Assembly: GCA_030656555.1 (NCBI GenBank)
Contig: JAUSPN010000040.1
Coordinates: forward strand, 375-64,374
Length of the DNA: 64,000 bases
Direction of reading: 5' to 3'
Source: Candidatus Desulfaltia sp.
GTDB taxonomy: Bacteria > Desulfobacterota > Desulfobacteria > Desulfobacterales > ETH-SRB1
Part shown: positions 60,226-64,000 of the stretch, one piece after another
How positions within the stretch are numbered: position 1 is the first letter of the stretch
Layout of the letters: the number at the start of each line of letters is the position of its first letter
Translations under genes and position numbers: made by a program
The notes under the pieces: generated by a model
The model's input: the letters and a program-made list of their open reading frames with translations, nothing else
Told to the model about the DNA's origin: nothing
Databases searched by the model: none

Positions 60226-61584
60226 TTGAAAAAAGGCAAAACGCTTGTTTTTGTATCATTTATTTTGTTATCATTATTTTTAATGAGCCTCACCCCAATT
60301 GTCTCATTTGCCAGAGCAATTACAATTGACAGCGAATGTATAAACTGTCACACCAACCTGAAAAAACTGATCCGTCTTTGCTGGGAAATCGAAAAAACAA
60401 GGTCAAAGGCGGGTAACTCGGCTGAAACATCCGGTGAAGGATGAGGCGGGCCGCTGGCTCCGTTGGAGTTATACGAAAAGATCTACGTTAATCCCTCTTT
60501 TTTAAAAACCGATCATGGTGAAATTGCATGTGTGACCTGCCACAGTGGAGATCCAAAAAACCCAGACTGGCAAACAGCGCACAAGGGAATCGTTAGAGAC
60601 CCCACATTTCCTGATGCCGGCAATACATGCGGGGAATGCCATGAAGATATTGTTAAAACCGCTAAAAACAGCCTGCATTTTACTCTGGCGCCTTTTAAAA
60701 AGATTATTGAAACACGGGCCAACAAACATGATAAGACTGTTTTTAAAAAGGTCTGCGGGGCAGCAGAAAAGCACTGCAACGCTTGTCACTCCAGTTGTGG
60801 TCAGTGCCATGTAAGCCGTCCTGATTACGCCAAAGGCGGCTTTCTGGCCGGTCATCTCTTCCAGAAAAAACCGTGTATGGACACAACATGTTCGAGCTGC
60901 CACGGCGGTCGGGTGTACGGAGAATTTACAGGTTTAAACGACGGATACCCGGCAGATGTTCATTATGAGAAAAAGGAGATGACGTGCATGGACTGCCACA
61001 CCGGAGAAGAGATGCACGCTGATGCCTCAGGTCTGTCCAGCAGGTTTGATCTTCCCGAGCGACCGGCATGCAAAAAATGCCACCCAAATGTTCTGTCTGA
61101 AAAACCTGAAACCAGGTCGCATAGCATTCACAGAGAGAAGGTTGCATGCCAGGTCTGTCATGTTGTAGCCAATAAAAACTGCTTTGGTTGCCATGTGGGA
61201 ACCGATAAAAAAGGGCTCCCCTTTTACAAGTCCGGAGAGACCAAAATGCTCTTTAAAATCGGACTCAACATAAACAAGACAAACGAGAGGCCCTATAACT
61301 ATGTGGTTTTGCGGCATCCGCCGGCAGATCCGGGGCTGTTTGATTTTTATGTAAAGAATGGACTGGCGGATTTTGATAAGCTTCCGACCTGGAAGCTTGA
61401 TACACCCCACAGTATTCAGCGGATAACCCCGCAGAACAAGACCTGCAATAACTGTCACGGCAATCCCGCACTCTTTTTGCAGGAAAAAGATGTAACCGGA
61501 TGGGAACGTAAGGCCAATGCCGGTGTAATTGTTCCGGACAATAAGATACCGGAACCTGTAAAAGAGGAGGCTGCCAAACAATGA
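60226..61584 (+). CDS. Exported 11-heme cytochrome c with in-frame UGA (probable selenocysteine), 452 aa
   Basis: ORFs 60226-60444 and 60463-61584 share one frame, split only by TGA at 60442-60444; signal peptide; 1+10 CxxCH motifs. Confidence 0.82.
60457..60469 (+). promoter_or_regulatory. Candidate bacterial SECIS apical stem-loop
   Basis: GCTCC-GTT-GGAGT starting 13 nt after the UGA, with G first in the loop. Confidence 0.5.
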
Positions 61585-61682
61585 TGAGTTCATAAAAAGT
61601 TAAATTCATCAGGTGCCAGGGATCAGGTTAAAGTAATTATCTGTTTTATCAAGCTCTTAACACTTAACACATTTCGTAAAAA
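61582..61682. repeat. Composite repeat, sister of 42575-42682 with the core inverted
   Basis: TGATGAGTT..AATTCATCA-GGTG then TCAGGTTAAAGTAATT...TTAACAC. Confidence 0.8.
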
Positions 61683-61693
61683 AGGAGGAAGAA

Positions 61694-62275
61694 ATGAAGC
61701 ACGTTAAAAGGACATTGGTACTATCTATTGCTCTGGTTTTTGTTTTAAGCGGACTTGCCTTTGCAGGATTCGCATACAAGGTAGAAAAGGCTCATATCGG
61801 TGGCGATCTCACACCCTCGGAGGCCTTTGAGATGATCGAAAAAGATCCAGGCCATACCTTTCTGGTTGATTGCAGAACCCGTGCCGAATATCAATTAATC
61901 GGCTACCCAAAAGGGGCCTGCAATATCCCTTTGCAATTCTGGACCGGCAAGTTTGGGGAAAAGGAATATGGAAATGCCGCTAATCCTGATTTTGGCAAGG
62001 ATCTTCTGGCCCGGTTCAATCCAAAGACCGACACATTGTTGTTTATATGCCGGAGCGGCAGCAGGAGCTGCGCTGCATGCAACGAAGCGGTTAAGGCGGG
62101 ATTTGCCGAAAACAAGGTGTTTAATGTAATGGGCGGTTTTGAAGGGGGCAAGGTAAAATGCAAATCAAGCGCTTACTCAGGCCAGCGCAAGCTTGGCGGA
62201 TGGCGCAATGAAGGCCTTCCCTGGACATATCATATGGACAAAAAACTGGTCTATCAACCTGATATCGCAAAATAA
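61694..62275 (+). CDS. Exported single-domain rhodanese
   Basis: Signal peptide; LVDCRTRAEY, active loop CRSGSR, NVMGGFEG, GWRNEGLPW. Confidence 0.92.
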   Translation: MKHVKRTLVLSIALVFVLSGLAFAGFAYKVEKAHIGGDLTPSEAFEMIEKDPGHTFLVDCRTRAEYQLIGYPKGACNIPLQFWTGKFGEKEYGNAANPDFGKDLLARFNPKTDTLLFICRSGSRSCAACNEAVKAGFAENKVFNVMGGFEGGKVKCKSSAYSGQRKLGGWRNEGLPWTYHMDKKLVYQPDIAK

Positions 62276-62297
62276 CAAATTCCTCTGTCTCACAATT

Positions 62298-62331
62298 AAA
62301 GGCTCACGCTGCCACAGTGTGGGCCTTTTTT
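62298..62331 (+). terminator. Intrinsic terminator ending the oxidoreductase operon
   Basis: AAAGGCTCAC...GTGGGCCTTT stem followed by a T run. Confidence 0.7.
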
Positions 62332-62443
62332 ATGAAACGCCTGCCAGTATCTCCGACAGCCCAAAAAGAGTCTTGCTAAAAAACCGTGGCAATGCGATAA
62401 TTTTTTGGTTAATGCCGGTGTAATTGTTTCGGATAATAAGATA
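62330..62443 (+). pseudogene. Decayed duplicate of the multiheme cytochrome 3' end
   Basis: 62411-62443 matches 61516-61548 at 31/33 nt; weaker similarity continues upstream. Confidence 0.6.
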
Positions 62444-62463
62444 GAGATCAAGATCAAGTTCCC

Positions 62464-64000
62464 ATGAATAATTCAGACCAGATCATACAGTATCCAGCTC
62501 CTGGAACACATCTCCTTTTATTCCGAGGCGATACCATAACATTCACCCTTTCACTTTCCCGCAAAGAAAAGGGATGTGCCTGGCTTCGCACAAACATAGG
62601 ACATGCCAGAATCTCGCGCAGAGAAATAATAAGAGAGGTTCATTACGATGAACCTCCTCTTGGACGTGACTGGTTTGATATCCCCATGACCAGGGTTGAC
62701 GACCAGCGCTTTAAGGTCGTCCTCCCTCTTTGTGAGGTCGGCCATTTTCAGGGAAAATGCATGTTTTTAAGCAAAGGCGGGTCTGATCCAATATGGCCGG
62801 TCGGCTCAAATACCATTGTCAATGTTGAGCCGTCGGATACATGTTGTGCGAACATAATATATAATGCTTTTGTGCGACAATTCGGGCCGAACAAGAAAGG
62901 CGGTAAAACCCTTGATCAGGCAAAAGAGACCTGTATCAAATCGCTCGACAGCTCCGCTTATTCCGTGATTCCGCCCTCCGGAACCTTTCGTGACATGATA
63001 AAGGAGCTTGATTTTATAATCGGAGAACTCGGCTGCCGGATTATCCAGTTGCTTCCGATTCATCCCGCACCGGTTACCTATGGCAGGATGGGACGGTTTG
63101 GAAGTCCGTATGCGGCGCTAAATTTTACTTCCGTCGATCCTGCCCTTGCGGAATTTGATCCATGCACCACTCCCATGGAGCAGTTCATCGAACTGCTGGA
63201 TGCGATCCATAAACGCTACGGGAAAATTGTTATGGATATTGCCATCAACCATACAGGCTGGGCTGCCGGTATCCATGAAACACACCCTAAGTGGCTTGTC
63301 AGAGATAATAAAGGACGTATCGAGGCTCCGGGAGCATGGGGCACAACATGGGAAGACCTGACAAGGCTCGATTATACCCACAAGGATTTGTGGAAATACA
63401 TGGCGGAAAGATTTCTGTTGTGGTGCGGACGTGGAGTAGACGGCTTCCGTTGCGATGCAGGCTACATGATTCCTGTGGCTGCCTGGAAGTATATTGTTGC
63501 CGTTGTCCGGGACCAATATCCTGACACGATTTTTATTCTCGAGGGGCTTGGCGGAAAGATTTCCGTTACTCGAGATATATTAAGCAGGGCGAATTTCAAC
63601 CAGGCATACTCAGAACTGTTCCAAAATTATGACCGCAGCCAGATCCAAGCATATCTTCCAGGGGCTATTGAAATATCCCAAAAAGATGGAATTATAATCC
63701 ATTTTGCCGAAACACACGATAACAATCGCCTGGCTGAACGTTCAAATACTTTTGCCAGGATGCGTACCTCACTGTGCTCTCTTTGTTCCAGCAATGGGGC
63801 CTTTGGTTTCGCCAATGGGGTGGAATGGTATGCAACCGAAAAAATCGACGTTCACGAAGCTCCTTCTCTTAACTGGGGAGCGGCAAACAACCAGGTCGAT
63901 CACATACGCCGTCTCAACACACTGCTAAAGCTCCACCCTGCTTTTCACGACCAGACAGAGCTGAAGCTTGTGCAGCAGGGCGACGGGAACTACATTGTCT
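62464..64000 (+). CDS. Glycogen debranching enzyme / GH13 alpha-amylase-domain protein (5' part, runs off the window)
   Basis: Open frame from ATG 62464 read by hand (absent from the ORF track): QLLPIHP, GRFGSPYA, DIAINH, DGFRCDAG, FAETHD. Confidence 0.85.
   Translation, partial: MNNSDQIIQYPAPGTHLLLFRGDTITFTLSLSRKEKGCAWLRTNIGHARISRREIIREVHYDEPPLGRDWFDIPMTRVDDQRFKVVLPLCEVGHFQGKCMFLSKGGSDPIWPVGSNTIVNVEPSDTCCANIIYNAFVRQFGPNKKGGKTLDQAKETCIKSLDSSAYSVIPPSGTFRDMIKELDFIIGELGCRIIQLLPIHPAPVTYGRMGRFGSPYAALNFTSVDPALAEFDPCTTPMEQFIELLDAIHKRYGKIVMDIAINHTGWAAGIHETHPKWLVRDNKGRIEAPGAWGTTWEDLTRLDYTHKDLWKYMAERFLLWCGRGVDGFRCDAGYMIPVAAWKYIVAVVRDQYPDTIFILEGLGGKISVTRDILSRANFNQAYSELFQNYDRSQIQAYLPGAIEISQKDGIIIHFAETHDNNRLAERSNTFARMRTSLCSLCSSNGAFGFANGVEWYATEKIDVHEAPSLNWGAANNQVDHIRRLNTLLKLHPAFHDQTELKLVQQGDGNYIV

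Noticed and set aside
62551-63928. Several short ORFs suggesting a decayed region
   Set aside because: They are shadows of one long open frame starting at 62464 that has no stop inside the window
235-63928. Numerous 60-180 aa antisense and alternate-frame ORFs in the track
   Set aside because: They overlap well-supported genes and lack RBS or motifs; treated as shadow ORFs

Overview
AT-rich chromosomal window from a sulfate-reducing Desulfobacterota member, probably Desulfobacterales-like (inferred from RsbRD-dsrMKJOP and gene context). Housekeeping genes: mutL, gatAC, argS, dnaE, guaB, acnA, rplU-rpmA-obgE-proBA-nadD-rsfS-gpmI. Also a Ni/Co ECF uptake operon, sugar-nucleotide genes, dsrMKJOP and the 5' part of a glycogen debranching enzyme. 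Three blocks stand out. (1) 47.4-62.3 kb: a sulfur-metabolism-like island with two outward-facing sigma-54 promoters around a PhnD-like binding protein, a Cys-rich histidine kinase and an NtrC-type regulator. One arm encodes a TorD-chaperone::Mo/W-bisPGD oxidoreductase fusion with no Tat signal, an exported 11-heme cytochrome read through an in-frame UGA with a SECIS-like hairpin (likely selenoprotein), and an exported rhodanese. The other arm encodes a TauE/SafE exporter, a Zn-ribbon/HEAT protein, a kinase-like protein and a USP. (2) 3.8-5.9 kb: a GxxExxY nuclease gene bracketed by inverted arms whose hairpins keep a TGAGAGG loop on different stems, plus a gene-less copy nearby. (3) 20.8-30 kb: a duplicated V4R-like sensor domain, one copy in an acyltransferase / sensor kinase / enolase-fold operon opposite a sigma-54 activator. 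Two genes are broken by single-base homopolymer frameshifts. Several palindromic repeat families fill the intergenic space. No rRNA, tRNA, CRISPR array or transposase was recognised. All product calls come from motif reading and recall; no database search was run.
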